From Eledone cirrhosa (lineage: Eukaryota): a DNA stretch of 64,000 nucleotides. This document shows, in pieces, positions 1-12,906 of this stretch; the stretch's first letter is position 1, and each line of letters opens with the position of its first letter. The notes under the pieces were generated by a model that did not search any database, had not been told where the DNA came from, and worked only from the letters and a program-made list of their open reading frames with translations. The translations under genes and the position numbers were made by a program. The DNA is taken from contig OZ024740.1 of assembly GCA_964016885.1 (NCBI GenBank), positions 133,796,001 to 133,860,000 of the forward strand. The letters run 5' to 3'.

Positions 1-22
1 GTTCCTTACCAAACCTCCTTCG

Positions 23-100
<78 letters not shown>

Positions 101-356
101 AACCTGATTCTATTTCGCATCTCTGTTCCTTTTGGCCATTAGAATGCTCATTATATTATCGCTCTAATCCAGACATAATTTATTAATTTTATCTTGCTCT
201 TTTACTAAATGCTTTACGAGGAAAAATATTACTGTTATGATTGCGAAATGTTTCTTTCTATAACTAGTTTCTGTGTGTGAGAAAGAGATATGGTGAGAGT
301 CAGAGAATGAGTATGTGTGTGTGTTTGGTGTTTGCGTGCGTATCTCTCTGTCTCTC

Positions 357-468
<112 letters not shown>

Positions 469-1197
469 TATATATATGTGTGTGTGTATGTATGTTTGTG
501 AGTGAGTGTATGTGTATATGTATGCGTGTTTCTGTGTGCAACTGCTTGTGTGTGTGTGTGTGTTTTGAACCAGAAGATATTTTCTCATTCTTTCATATCA
601 ATTCTATCTTTATGGCAATCAAAAAATAAATTATTTCCCAATAATCAATGTCCCTGTTTTTGATATTTAACTCATTCGTTTTTGTTTTTTTTTAGTTTTG
701 TTTTTTCATTTTATTTTGAATATTTCATGTGATAAATGGTGTTGTTCTTTTTTAATTAATTTGTTTGTATAAATCTATTTAAGTATCTCAAATTACTTTT
801 CTCTGCCACTTGTACTGCAAGTAGAACAGATTCTACTACTCTGAACTCAGAATTAAATATTTTACTCGATCATTTCTCCCTACCATTGCAAATAATTTGC
901 AATCATCTCTTGGCTACACGATTCCTACAGTCATAATCAGGTAACTGTTTAAGCTGAATAACGACTGAGGCGAGGTTTTAACTGATATGATTGCTGTATT
1001 TCTTTTTCTTTAAACAACGGGTCGCCAACATGTCATAGACACTAGTGTAATGGAAATAAAAAAGTTGAGCAGTGTATTATTCAAAGATACCCATTATATT
1101 CCTTTTGTGAGATCTCACTCACACGTGAGAAATCACACCAGAATAGTAATTTTTCATTTCAAACTTTTCGTAACATTTTCATTTAAAGTCGCATGCT

Positions 1198-1272
<75 letters not shown>

Positions 1273-2529
1273 TTCTCTCCCTCTCTCTCTCTCCCTCTTT
1301 CTCTCTCTTTTTTCTCTTTCTCTCTCACTCCTTCTCTATCTAACTCCTCTCTCTCTATCTATCTATCTCTCTTTCTCTCTCTCTCCTGTAGCATTTCTAG
1401 ATCAGATTCTGTATATCTGTTGGTTCTAACTATATTTCTCATTTCATTTTAATTACTACGTAATAGTTTGTGTTACTCCATGTCCCCACTGTTTGTCAGA
1501 TGAGTATATCTTATCTATTTCAACTTTTGTGAAATGGTTTGGATACCTTTTTTGTCAGTGCCATAGGTATTTCTATCAAAACACTTCAACTCCTTTGACA
1601 CCCAATTCATTATGCTGCGTTGTATTGAGTCCAGTTTTAGAATTATTCTGATTCTTCTATAACACTCCATTGTAATTTGTTTCCTTCAAATATGTGTATC
1701 GTAGCATATAGCTTTCATACACGAATAAATATTTGTATTGGTAATTCTGTTCTAGTTCTTTGATTCCAGTGTCTGGGGTTATTTCTATGCCCTCAAGTTT
1801 AGTTAATAAGCTTTGGAATTTCATAGTTTTTCCCTTTTGCCTTATAAGACAATGTGGTCTTTTGCTTGTTCTGAATATTTTTCATCCCAGTAGAGTTAAG
1901 CTTCCATTGATATTGTTGTATTCATATGTGTTATGTTTATTTTTTTCAATGTTCCTGTAAAATATGTTGGTATTTGATTCAAACACATGTATTCCTTGAT
2001 GTAGCGCTCAAAGTTTTTGCATACTTTGGTTGGCATGATTTCTTCAAGCTTTTCTTTTGGTTTTCTTCCATTATGTTAAGTAGTTTTATTGAACCAATCT
2101 TTCTTCCAGACAAAATATTATTGTTGCTGCTGTTGATATTGTTTTTATAATTAATATTGTAGTAATATTTTCTTAGACAAAAGGAGGTTCATATTGCATA
2201 TTGTTAGTACAGCATCGTTACGAGTATGTGGAGCAGCTATACTAAATTATTGTGTGGCTAGTATAGAATAATGTGCAACTCTATTGTGGATTGAGTTGTT
2301 TTAATAAAATACTCCATGCGGATACCATTTTTCACCTGTAATATAGAAGACATTAAATAAACATAGTGTTGGTGCTCTATTCTTTTATCATGAATACAGT
2401 TCCTTCTGCTTTCCCATTTAATTCGATATGCTCATACAAAATATTCCACTTCGTCTACTACTACTACTACTACTACAACTACAACTACTACTACTATTTC
2501 TTTTGTTCTTCTTAATATTATTATAATTG

Positions 2530-2950
2530 GCAGCATCGGTAGAACGTCGAATAACATGATTCGCAGCATAGAATAACGGCTTTTTACGTTCTGAGTTCAA
2601 ATCCTGTCTAGTTTAACTTTGCCTTTCATCCTTACGGGGTCGATAAAGTAAAATATCAGTGACGCACCGGGGTCGATTTCATCGACGTTTCCGCCCCCAA
2701 AATTGTTGGCGTTATGCCTAAAATAGAAACCATTATTATTATTATTATGAGGGCGGTGGATGGGCAGTATCGGTAGAGGGTCGGACGCCATGCTTTGACG
2801 CATAGAGTTACGGCCCTTGCCATTCTGAGTTCAAATCCCGCCGAGGTTAACTTTGCCTTTCATCCTTACGGGGTCGATAAAATAGTACCAGTAATACACT
2901 GGGTAATTGCTGGCCTTGTGCCAAAAGTAGAAACAATTATTATTATTATT
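2530..2950 (+). mobile_element. Two tandem copies of a tRNA-derived SINE with (TTA)n tails
   Basis: Both copies have a box-B-like GAGTTCAAATCC and the central TTTGCCTTTCATCCTTACGGGGTCGATAAA, and end in ..AAAATAGAAAC/AAAAGTAGAAAC plus (TTA)n. Fragments of the same family occur at ~5990-6130, ~61770-61830 and ~63545-63690. Confidence 0.75.
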
Positions 2951-3155
2951 ATGAATTTGATATCTCGTGTTATTTAACCTGAAATTTGCCCTAAAGAACA
3001 TCAAACCGCAACATTCAGCCACTGATATGCAGGATGTGTCTGAGGTTCCTTGCTGTTCCATTTAGGCATGCCTTTTGAAGTATTTCAAAAAAGAGAGCTA
3101 AGCTAATGTTCTTTAAGTAGCCATGGAAACTCTTCGAGATAGTACCTAGCACCCT
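2940..3155 (-). mobile_element. 3' end of a Dong/R4-clade non-LTR retrotransposon with (TAA)n tail
   Basis: The minus strand translates to ..GVLGTISKSFHGYLKNISLALFFEILQKACLNGTARNLRHILHISG*, matching the LQKAxLxGTARxLRxxL C-terminus of Dong/R4 ORFs. A short 3'UTR follows, then (TAA)n that merges with the SINE tail. Confidence 0.7.
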
Positions 3156-3274
3156 TCCTTTAACACGAACATCTAGCACAGAATCAAAGAGATCAGAGAC
3201 AATAACAATATGAATTGTTGATCGCTGTCCCCGATTACCCTTATAGCATGCGTATATGTGGGTGTCTTTGTGGA

Positions 3275-3720
3275 AGAAGGTATGAACTAAAGTGTCCCAT
3301 TAAGATATGTGACTCCTAACCCTGTTACCTACACCTAACGCTGCAGTCACTTCAACAAGGAAGGAACTGTATTCGGGCTCTCTGTTTGGCGCGTAAACTT
3401 GCACCACCCACAAAGACCTTTCTTTCAGCTTAAAATTCAAGAGGCAAATCCTTCACCCAATGTGATCCAGTCTATAACACATTCTGACAGCCGAGAGCTT
3501 GTGAGTATCACCACTCTGTCTGTACAATCATTTTTGGTGCCACATCTGAATACTTAAGTTTCCATCCTCCATCCAAATATACAATATTGAAGCCATGAAA
3601 CCTTTTTGAGGAAATCCCGATTATATCTTACTGGTAGCATCTGGCCTCCTCCACTACTTTCTGTTCCTTGACTGTAAGGGTTGTAACTTTCCAGTTATCA
3701 CTTCTTGAGGTTTGATTCCT
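3275..3720 (-). pseudogene. Decayed AP-endonuclease fragment of a LINE (RTE-like)
   Basis: The minus strand gives RICLLNFKLKERSLWVVQVYAPNREPEYSSFL..ILMGHFS, i.e. the QVYAP and degenerate MGDFN motifs. Boundaries are approximate. Confidence 0.55.
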
Positions 3721-5989
3721 TATGGACACTCTTTGTGTTCTGATACGTAACATTAATCCGTCCATCCCTTGCCTCCCAGGTCGCAGGCCCATCGCCATTT
3801 CTTGCAGTATTGGATAGAGACTGCAATATATTTGTTTAATTGTCTCCTCTACCTAAGGCCTTAAGGAGTCCCTTGTTATCGATTGCGAAGGACGATGCGA
3901 TATTACTGCCTTTATTGCTCCTGGCTATATTGCAAATTTTGGTCGTTTTATTTGCACCATTCACCAATTTGGTTTTATTCTCAGGCCTGCCAAACTGGGC
4001 GTTTTAGAGGTGGCCTATTACTTGCCGGGTCGTAGCTACATCACTAGGTTGTGAGTGTTTTGTTGGGAGCTAACAGTATAATCCATGGCTTCATTTCTTT
4101 GAGTAATTTCCCGCTGTTGGTCCATGGTTGCTTATTTGCCCGACAGGAGCCCTCTTATATCGCAACTAAACATCATATCTATAGGCGGTATTGCTATCTG
4201 CGACCTGCGACTCATCCTCTAGCAGAACACCTCTGCCGAGAAACATGCAATGTAGAGATAACTTTTATTCCTATTTAGATCGCTAGCACGCAGTCTTACT
4301 GAGCATGTAAACGAAGATACATTTATGCTTTTGTTTTTTTTTTTCACTGCGGATGTGTCATCAGCATGGCCGTTTTAGCTGCTAATTTTGGTTTAGAAAT
4401 TTTGTTGTTCTCAGTATAATGTAATTTCTTGTGAGAATTCAGTTCTTATGAATAATATCGATTTGCTAGCTATTTGACTGTTATTATCAAAAAGGACACG
4501 AGAGCACGCTTTCTTATAAATTATAACGCCAGTGGACAACATTAATAAATGCCATCTATCGTTAATGCTATAACTTTTTAACCTATTGTTTAAAACAGAT
4601 ACAGGTTTGCTTGAGCATTCCAATTTTTGCAATCGTGTTTATTCAATCTTTATGTTGTACTTGCTCATCATATGGCATGTATTATTGTCAATATTTATGG
4701 AAGGGTTATATGCTATCCTCTCAGTTATTATTCATGCTTCGCTAAGTAACATATCTACTCTACGCAATAAAATTACCCTTCTTTTCGTCTATTCTATGTC
4801 GGTGACTTCTATCTTTTGTATTGCTGCATTGTTTATGGAACCCCGGCATTTTCCATTATGAGAATGTAAGTGTATAAGAATTCCTTTTTACTCGTTTATA
4901 TCACAGTGTATTGAAATGACGTTTTATTTCAATGTACACTTTGCCTATAGCGTCTCTTAATCTACGTTGAAATATGAGGGAGGATTTTCTAAAGTTAATA
5001 AATAAATTGTTGGTGATACATCCACGTTGATTTGCATCTACGTGGTTCCGGGTTTGAAATAAAATAGATGAAGTAAAGGAGTGAGGTGATACTAAGTATA
5101 GAATAAGAAAGAAATGAATGTTAAGGAAGAAGAAAAAGAAGAGCTGAATCTCGTCATGTGTGTATGTGTGTGCATGTGTATGTGCGTGTGTGTATCCATG
5201 AGTATGCGCATGTATGCATTTTGGTAACGCCTGCTTTCACACACCCATTTCTGGCAACTCATAAGTTTATTTAACATGTGGGCCTGTGAGAATCGTGTAT
5301 TAGTGTGGCACTGTAGACCTGCTGTTTCTGAAAGGCATGGATGAGCTTACTTGACCCGAGCAATATATCAGAGTTGCTGAATGTGATCGGCAGTGAAGGT
5401 AATGCCTTCAGACAAGTGGTTATCTAGAAACCTACAGGGGCAGGTTGATCGGACATTATGTGACTAGACACTTTCCTGGGAACATCACGCACTTTAGTAC
5501 ATGTGGGGTTTTGTCTTGAGTTGGCCCATAGGAAGAGGGTATGTAAGAGCTTCACAAATTTGCGCTGTCGTTTACAACTCTCAGACAGGTACCGAAATGA
5601 TTTTCAGAATTGCCAGGGTAGGCATGGAGTAACCACATCGGGTCAACCAGATCGTACTTAGAGGTTTTATTATGTCAACAGATAGAAAAAGTGTAGGATG
5701 TTAACAATTTCAAATGGTCAACTTCACATATCACATATTTGTCATTTACATGGTCCACCAAGTTAGCACACAGAGACTGGGGCCCAGTCAGTGGAAGTTG
5801 AATGTATCTTTCTCGGTGCGCAAAGAGTACAGAAACAGGTGTAGTGCATTAGTTAAGAGACAATTGACAGGAGCAATCATCAGGGAGCCATCAAAGTAGA
5901 GTCGATAAAATTCAGCAAAGAAGCAATAGAGAAAATAGACTAGAAGTAAAGTCAGTAAGCAAATTAGAATCGTAAATCACGCAGATGTC

Positions 5990-6130
5990 ACCTTAACATT
6001 TCATCCTTTCGTGAACAATAACATGAAGCAACAGTAATGCTCTGGGGTTGATTTAATCGACTGTCCCCTCTCCTAAATTGTTGGCCTTGTGCCTAAAGTA
6101 GAAACAATTATTATCATTATTGTTATCATT
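5990..6130 (+). mobile_element. Partial SINE (same family as 2530-2950)
   Basis: TTTCATCCTTTCG..GGGGTTGATTTAATCGACT..TGGCCTTGTGCCTAAAGTAGAAACAATTATTAT. Confidence 0.6.
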
Positions 6131-6134
6131 ATCT

Positions 6135-6660
6135 TCCTTTAGCCGGGAAGGGCAGGCAGTTTTTATCTGTTTGGTGGCCATGGCGAAAGAGATAGTATGG
6201 TGGACGCGTCTGTAAGTGCTGAAGACGAGAACTTACCGCTTCGGTAATGCCTTGATTAACTTTTTCAAATTTCATTCGAAAAGGAAAATCAGGGTAGAGA
6301 GGGAAGTGCTCTCTTCCCAGCATTTTGTTGAAAGATGGGTAAGAGAGGAAAGAATGGCCCGATTGAATGGACCTACTCTGAATATGTGCCTGTAAATTGA
6401 AGGTGGAAAACTGGGAGAGGGCACTTTCCCTCGTGGTCAGGGTTACCGTGGCTTTTTAATGGGCTTTCTCCACGATGGCCCTCGGAAGTGTCCCCCTATT
6501 GGGGAATTTTTTCATTGTTCCTTTTTTTTGTTACATCCTCTGTTTTTGTTATTTTACACGCAGAAATATGCCCATTTGTACCGTCCTGTATTGTCCTGTA
6601 TTGTCCTGTACTGTCCTTAATGTCTCACTTTGTGTAAACCCTTGTGGTTAATAAAGAAAG
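6135..6660 (+). mobile_element. 3' fragment of a Tx1/L1-like LINE (ORF2 C-terminus and 3'UTR)
   Basis: Translates to LVAMAKEIVWWTRL*..FFKFHSKRKIRVEREVLSSQHFVERW (AKxxxWxxR..FxxxW pattern). The 3'UTR has a GTCCTGTA(T/C)T repeat x3 and an AATAAA near 6650. Confidence 0.5.
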
Positions 6661-9212
6661 CATTATTGTTATCATTATCTAAAAATATAGTTCTCCCAAC
6701 TTTTACTAAATATGCTGTTTGACTAGTACCAGATCACCCTTATTGAAAAAAAAACACGGAGTAGACTTTCATTTAGATTGCAGAAATGTTTGTACATTTT
6801 GGAATAGATGAATACGATCAAATTCAAAATTAGTCTAAAGTAAACATCTGGCAGTATATTGACATATTATAGTACTTCGCTTCGTCTATAATTCTATATA
6901 AATCACACTGTCTTTACAGTAATAGTGCCAATTACAACTGGAATGGTGTCTAGATTTGTTTTATGTATCATAATAGGTTAAATTTAAAAGCTAATTCGGC
7001 AACATTTCTTTCTTTCTTAGCTAAATTTGACACGGGACTGGTTTTGCTCTGTAGGTATGACAATTACTAAAACATGTTTTAGTCTTACAAAATTGACAGT
7101 TGCAATGTACGTAGCCTGGTTTATCAGATTGTTTGTTGCTGATATTGATGTCATTGTTATTATTGTTGTTATTATTATTAATATTGGTGTTGTTATTGTT
7201 ATTATTGGTAGTAGTAGTAGTAGTATTTGTTATTGCTGTTGATGTAGTAGTAACATTATTATCATTGAAAACAGTTTTACTTATATTAAGATGTGTTTCT
7301 ATACAATCTCTTCGATTTAAACATTTTGTCAAAAAATATCTTGTTAGTTACTTGGTAACCGATCGTTTTTACCACCATGTTTTTCTTTTCTGTACATCTC
7401 AAAATTTCCTGTATTTCTTTGCATATTTCTTTGAATATAACTCTTTTTTTATTTTATTATTGTTATCATTATTATTATTATTATTATTATTATTTTTATT
7501 GCTGTTGTTTTGGTTTTGGTTTTTTCTTGTTGTTATCTCTTAGCGTTATTTCATGCATTTTTGTTTATTTATTTATTCTATTTCAGTGACAGAACATTTG
7601 AGGAAATTTCTATTCTAGTAAAAATTATATATATATAGTGTTTTGAGGGAATTTTTGTAGCTTTCTTTATCAAATGATAACATCGTTTATTACTTTTTTC
7701 CATAGAAATGCCCATTCCGTTTTTGTTTTCTTTTTCAAAAACATCTAAGTGATCATTTAAGAAACATTTCTGTTTTTATCGGCTCTAAACTATCCGAAAT
7801 ACTATACTCCATCTACATGTTTTTCCTAGATCTCTCTGATTACAACGTTGTATTCAAGTACGTTATTGTGTAGCAGCTTACTGTAGAAAAGAACTTTGAA
7901 TATTAATATGAAACGATGAAATGGCTTTCTCAATGGAAGTCTTTAATGTTTTGTATAAGTAGGAGTGGATATAAAATAATTTTGTAAAACGCTAAAATTT
8001 TTACTGCTACAGAAATGTCCCCATCTTTACAAAACTACTACATGTTTCAATCTGGAAAATCAATACAATTTCAGGCTTTTGGTTATATGTCTTAAACGTA
8101 TGCCAAATATACTAATAATGAAAGAGATATCTAAGTGGTGATAGAATCACTATAAAATGTACGAATGTTTTGCTACTGTACAATATGGAAAAATTTGTAA
8201 TTACATGTTATTCCTATAGAGAAAATGAAATGCTTAAAAACTAAGGTAAATGTTAAATACAATCACACAAACATTGCTTAGAATTATGACAGAGGATAAA
8301 CGAAAAATCAATATATAAATGCTTAAAGGAGGATATGGAAGCGATTTGATAGTATATCACATGATGTATTAGGAGCACTTTCTCGAAGCTATTTTACTAA
8401 GACATAAATCATTAAACAGGTGATGATAAGTCAAGTGAATAACTCAACTAGCAACAAAACAAGAATTGCAATTTGAAACTCTAGGATTCAAGACAACCAG
8501 TCATTGTGTGCGTCAACTAGTAAGGGCAAATCATTCCTAAAGCGTTATAACTATAAACATATTTCCTAAGATTAATTACTTATCGATGGTATCCATGTGA
8601 AAAATATTAGGTAAGTTAGTATTAAAATATGTAATGTAGTATTAGATACCTAGTTAGAAATATACATATGGCGAGGGAAAAAAGCATGAGTAACGTTACT
8701 GGTATTATGTTAATCATTTTGGCATATGCAGGAGCCAACTATGAGAACGTTTACCCCATGACTATTATATTTTGTGATGATGGCGACTCTAAGTATTTAA
8801 ACATAGAAAATTATTTCTGTTATATTTAGTTTACAATTCTCTTCGACTACTGAGGTACAACATTTACATCGATTTACTGATTCAACCATTTCTACCCCCT
8901 GTAATAGAACTAATAATGCGGGTGTTGTATCCCCAGGCGTCATTTGCACTTGCTAAATAATATTGGACATTGAGCTAATGATAGCTTTTCCCCGTCATAT
9001 AAGTAATTATAATTTGGTATTTAGTGTTCGTAGGGAGATAACTAGAACACTACGATGCTTGGATCAGTTTTATCGTGGCATCAGACAACCAGCAGATTGC
9101 AGTTTTGCACAAGGACACACCCAAGAGAAGATATATAATGAGACTGTGTGATGTTCATGTCATACTCAAAAATGTTAGCTGCGAAAGTAAAGATAATTTG
9201 AGTATTTTGTAT

Positions 9213-9392
9213 ATCTAGCGATATACGGTATATTTATGAATAAACGTTTTAAAAGCTTTCAAGTATATACATTTGGAAACTGATAACATATCGTGCTGGA
9301 AGCTGTTAAATGGCACTACGTCATCAGTTTCCAAAATCTTAGCTGAAGGCTTTCAAAATGTTTATTTATAAACATACCGTATATTGCTAGAT
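9213..9392. repeat. ~180-bp imperfect fold-back relic related to the 310/313-bp retrozyme units
   Basis: ATCTAGCGATATACGGTATATTTATGAATAAACG.. pairs with ..CAAAATGTTTATTTATAAACATACCGTATATTGCTAGAT. The right arm matches CAAAATGTTTATTATAAACATAC of the 310-bp unit and CATACGGTATATTGC of the 313-bp unit. Confidence 0.6.
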
Positions 9393-9559
9393 AGAAAAAT
9401 AGCCATACTTATATGTATCTAGCTATATTAAAGTGAACACCTTAATTCTATCGATAATTTGTTGCGACAAAAAATTGATCACCAATTTGTATAAACTACC
9501 TCTCTATACAGATTAGTTAGTCATTTTCCACGTTGCATTTCATGAATCGTGTTTCAAAG

Positions 9560-9596
9560 TGACTCAGCCTTCACCGTTTAGTCCGCAGGGGGGCAG
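9560..9596 (+). promoter_or_regulatory. Possible AP-1 site (TGACTCA) next to a CTCF-like motif
   Basis: TGACTCA at 9560-9566 and CCGCAGGGGGGCAG at 9583-9596, which fits CCGCNNGGNGGCAG, in otherwise unique AT-rich DNA. Motif match only. Confidence 0.2.
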
Positions 9597-10030
9597 CTGA
9601 AACACCGTTTACATTCGGTTTAATGTATGTCCCTCCCCTTTTCTTTCGTTGCTGATTATTCATTTTCTTTTTCTTCTTTTAATTTCCTTTTTTGTTGCTG
9701 TTCCCTTTAATAGTGTGCTTTGCTTTTGTATAAAACAGCTTTGTAAAATAAAATGGAAACTGTTTGTCAAAGTGACATGTGCGATGAAAATCTAATTCTC
9801 CGTCTAAATAAAGTAATTATGACTAAGCTAAAAATAAAAAAGCGTTTACAATACTGTATTAATTTGTGTATGTGTTTAAAGCATTTGTATTATTCATATA
9901 TTGTTATGTCATTTCCTTCAAATATATCTGTAGCTATATCAGATGTAGTTTTTAATGTAGAAATCGATGGTTCAGACATACATGCATACATGCATGCATA
10001 CAAACATAGCAAACATAGATAAATAAAATA

Positions 10031-10061
<31 letters not shown>

Positions 10062-11649
10062 GGATCTTATCACGCGTATATTTCTGTAACTATACATGTG
10101 TATATGCAATTACTACATGCTGTATTTCCGAAATATTTTACACATCTTTAGAATTCCATTAGAGGACTGTACTGCAACTTTCTAACTAGCCTTCTCCTTT
10201 CTGAGCTAGTACACCATATCACGTAACCCCAATGATCACAGCTACAAATCTAAAGGTATAGTCAAGCTGTAGTGTCTGGAGATTCCTCATTAGTTCAGTG
10301 TAAATGTTCTTTTTTCGCTAATCTTCAGCACTATTCAACTGTTCAACTGATTTTCTCTACTCTGCGTGCCTTCTTTTCCCTCTCCCATATCGTTACGTCT
10401 CGTCTGGTCTGTTATGCATTTTATTGAGGTTTTGATTAGAATATTCCACCAGTACTCTTTTATATTATACATGTATATTTCCTCCATATCACTGTAAATT
10501 TTTATCTTTATCTCGGAGCTAACCTTTCTATGAATTGCAATGTATAGTGATCGGTCAACTACATGGGTAAATAAATGGGTGATGAGTTCTTTGGACAGCT
10601 GCTTTTGATGTGGGTGACATCTTCAATGTTTATTCCGCAGAGTCTGCATATGTTGTCACATCTAGGTGGTTTACCTGCATCATTACTTTTTTGTAAATTT
10701 AGTATTTCGTTTTTATTTCCTGCTTTTGGATTGCAAACGCATATCCTTCAAAGTGAGAGCTAGTTTTTATCTATATTACTCAGACATTGAAACTTTCTGG
10801 CAACATGGTGATGTGCATGATTTTTTTGCTACTAAGCATTCAGCTTTTCATCCGTGGATTCACTGTAGTATTGTTGTACAATTTCCCTGGGTGTGAATAT
10901 GTATGTATGTGTGTGCCAGTGATTTCTACCTGCAAGCTACATCTGATAGAAATAACTACAACATCTCACTTAAACTCCATCCTTGTGACATTCCTATACA
11001 CACAAACGCGCACACACACACAAACACACATATGTATATACATATATATATATATGGGGGGGGGGGGGGGGTCAATGTATATTAACTTGTACGCAAAGCA
11101 GCCAATGTATACGTTTAAGTTATATCTGTATATATATACAGGATAGACGTAATTGAAACTGCGTATATACATTTAGAGAATGTTAATATGTATATACATG
11201 TTAAAATCTTGAATTTAGGTATTTCCCTATGAAATGAAAATTTAGCATGTTCACATGTATATAGACGAAACATGTACAAATATATATACGCAGTTTTGGT
11301 TACTTCTATGCTGTACATATATGAGTGTATCGTTTATTTCGGCTGCTTATCGCACAACTTAATATATATCATAATTAACTGCCGACATGAGTTTGAAGTA
11401 GCTAAGATCTGCCGTCATAATTTTGGTGGGGTCTAACAGGAATAAAAAAAAATTGACCCATGATGTAAAAGAATGATGTTTGTGACGGTGGGCTTAGTTC
11501 TCGCTTCACATGATCACGTAATGTGAATGCCAGGTGGTTTAGTGGTGTATAAGTGTAATTGGTGAATAACTGATGCTGTACACCAGGTTCGAACACAGAA
11601 GAACCGAACTCCCACTGTCATCGCCTCCACCTCTCTCTCGCCCTCCCCG

Positions 11650-12290
11650 TCTCTCTCTATTAGGACCAAATGGGGTCCCACGTGCTAGCCGGCCAATTCC
11701 ATCTCGTAAGGCTCAGACATGTGTCTAGCCAGCTCGGCGCCTATGGTGGAAAGTAGGGAGGTATCCCTAGGGCCAAGGACACCATCTCCACTGCTAGAGG
11801 CTCGACTGAAAACCTGTCGGAGAGGGACCGATACTTGCAGAGTTAATCCTCCTCAGCCCAAAGTGCAGCAGAACCTGCGATAGTCACAGACGGCACCAGG
11901 TTGCCACTGGAGAATGTGTTGCTGCAATTGACATCCCAGACGAAGGGTTTACCACCGCGGAACGGGAAGATGGTCATGCCGTCTGGTCTTTTGCCGTCCA
12001 CTTGGTCCAGCCTTACTGGCTCGAGCTTGGAGGGGAAGCCTGCAACATCCAAGCCATGCTTTATGACCTCGCCGAGAGCAGCATGGCGTGGGAGGCGGTC
12101 GACACTGTAGCGAGGGGAAAGTGGGTGGAAGCCGAAAGAGTCCAGGGTGGATCCTCAGCGACATTTGTGTGGCCCGCAGATCCGGAGGCCAAGCCTCAGC
12201 GAAACCCCGATGAGCAGGCTATCATTGTCTAGCTGCGTGCCTGTAGAGAAGGAGGGAAAAGCATGGAGCCAGGCACCACTGTGGGGTTGG
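11650..12290 (-). mobile_element. 3' fragment of a CRE-clade non-LTR retrotransposon (restriction-like endonuclease)
   Basis: Minus frame reads [68 protein letters not shown], i.e. a zinc-knuckle remnant plus the RPD..WDV RLE motif. Confidence 0.75.
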
Positions 12291-12398
12291 CAATATACCG
12301 TATGTTTAATTAAAAACATTTACAAGACCATATGATAGCTATCAGTTTTAAAGTAGTGACAATGTCACTTACTTATTTCCGGTGAAAGAAGGGAAGAG

Positions 12399-12438
12399 GC
12401 TGAGAGTCTGTTTCACTCTGGTTGACGTTCATCAGAAC
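12399..12438 (-). ncRNA. Type I hammerhead ribozyme (slightly degenerate)
   Basis: Reverse complement: GTT CTGATGA ACG TCAACCAG AGT GAAA CAG A CTC TC AGC. Confidence 0.65.
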
Positions 12439-12707
12439 CATGCACTCCCTTGCTTCCGCCGAAAATTATACAAGCTGGATTCTTATAGAATTCCAGTAAT
12501 ATTTGGTAATATACCGTATAGACATACGGTATATTGCCAAATATACTATACATACATTCATGTATATATCGCTATTTCAGAGCACCAACCCTAATTCCTA
12601 ATTTTTTCTGGACCGGCAATCGCCCTGTACAATCAGTTCCTGATTATTACCGAAATTCTATAAGAATCAAGCTTCTGTAATTTTCGACGGAAGCAAGGGA
12701 GTGCGTG

Positions 12708-12747
12708 GTTCTGATGAATGACAACAAGCGTGAAACAGACTGTCAGC
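12708..12747 (+). ncRNA. Type I hammerhead ribozyme
   Basis: GTT CTGATGA ATG ACAACAAG CGT GAAA CAG A CTG TC AGC: core intact, stems I-III form, GUC cleavage triplet. Confidence 0.8.
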
Positions 12748-12869
12748 AGCTCTCCCTTCTTTCGCTGAAAATAAGTAAGTGACATTAGTCACTACTTTAA
12801 AACTGATAGCATATGGTCTAAATGTTTTAATTAAACATACGGTATATTGCCAAATAGACTATACATACA

Positions 12870-12903
<34 letters not shown>

Positions 12904-12906
<3 letters not shown>

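Larger units (their letters stand above)
12289..12875. mobile_element. Inverted (head-to-head) pair of ~313-bp retrozyme-like units, a diverged relative of the 310-bp array
   Basis: CATACGGTATATTGCCAAATA recurs at 12523 and 12836 (period 313). It shares ATATATCGCTATTTCAGAGCA, GGACCGGCAA, CAGTTCCTG and TTCTATAAG with the 310-bp unit. The left arm is the reverse complement with an internal deletion. The inversion point is near 12520. Confidence 0.8.

Noticed and set aside
1500-2120. Strand-skewed segment resembling decayed minus-strand coding DNA
   Set aside because: No sustained ORF or recognisable motif; cannot be assigned.
10784-10891. Possible host exon (TACTCAG|ACATTGAAACT..)
   Set aside because: Weak polypyrimidine tract and donor, and no recognisable peptide.
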